From assembly GCA_042217555.1 (NCBI GenBank), contig JBDGSL010000019.1, positions 1 through 16,187 on the forward strand: a stretch of DNA of 16,187 nucleotides, in the 5' to 3' direction. The notes beneath the pieces are model-generated. The model saw nothing but the letters and a program-made list of their open reading frames with translations. It was not told where the DNA came from and made no database searches. Source of the stretch: Candidatus Nanohalobium sp. (GTDB lineage Archaea > Nanohalarchaeota > Nanosalinia > Nanosalinales > Nanosalinaceae). Shown here piece after piece: positions 15,242-16,187 of the stretch. The position numbers and the translations under genes are program-made. The number at the start of each line of letters is the position of its first letter. Positions within the stretch are counted from its first letter, which is position 1.

Positions 15242-15300
15242 TTTAGCTTGGAGATACACCGCCAAAACACGTTTAAGTTCTATGACATAAGTATAACCTA

Positions 15301-16187
<887 letters not shown>

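Overview
Archaeal chromosomal window, most likely from a halophilic DPANN organism such as Nanohaloarchaeota. This is inferred from the acidic proteins, moderate GC, class I LysRS, TFB and mostly leaderless TATA promoters. Left part (186-6766): lysS, a site-2 (M50) protease, a [2Fe-2S] ferredoxin, three tiny Zn-finger ORFs (two absent from the ORF track), a divergent TFB, a hypothetical gene, an H2A-like histone-fold protein with a helical tail, DUF378, a small membrane protein and a DUF123/GIY-YIG nuclease. Right part (6848-15071): three co-oriented secreted genes (149, 809, 1718 aa). The two large ones are paralogues built from Cys/Asp-rich CGDD modules. One has a PGF-CTERM-like anchor; the other has an inserted vWA domain, C1q-like beta-sandwiches and tail-fibre motifs, and a further fibre motif occurs in the 149-aa protein. 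Together they are a candidate modular host-attachment apparatus. An IS200/IS605 element (tnpA plus a compact tnpB cut by the window edge) sits upstream. A strong saw-tooth G+T versus A+C strand skew, independent of gene direction, flips at the apparent variable cassettes.
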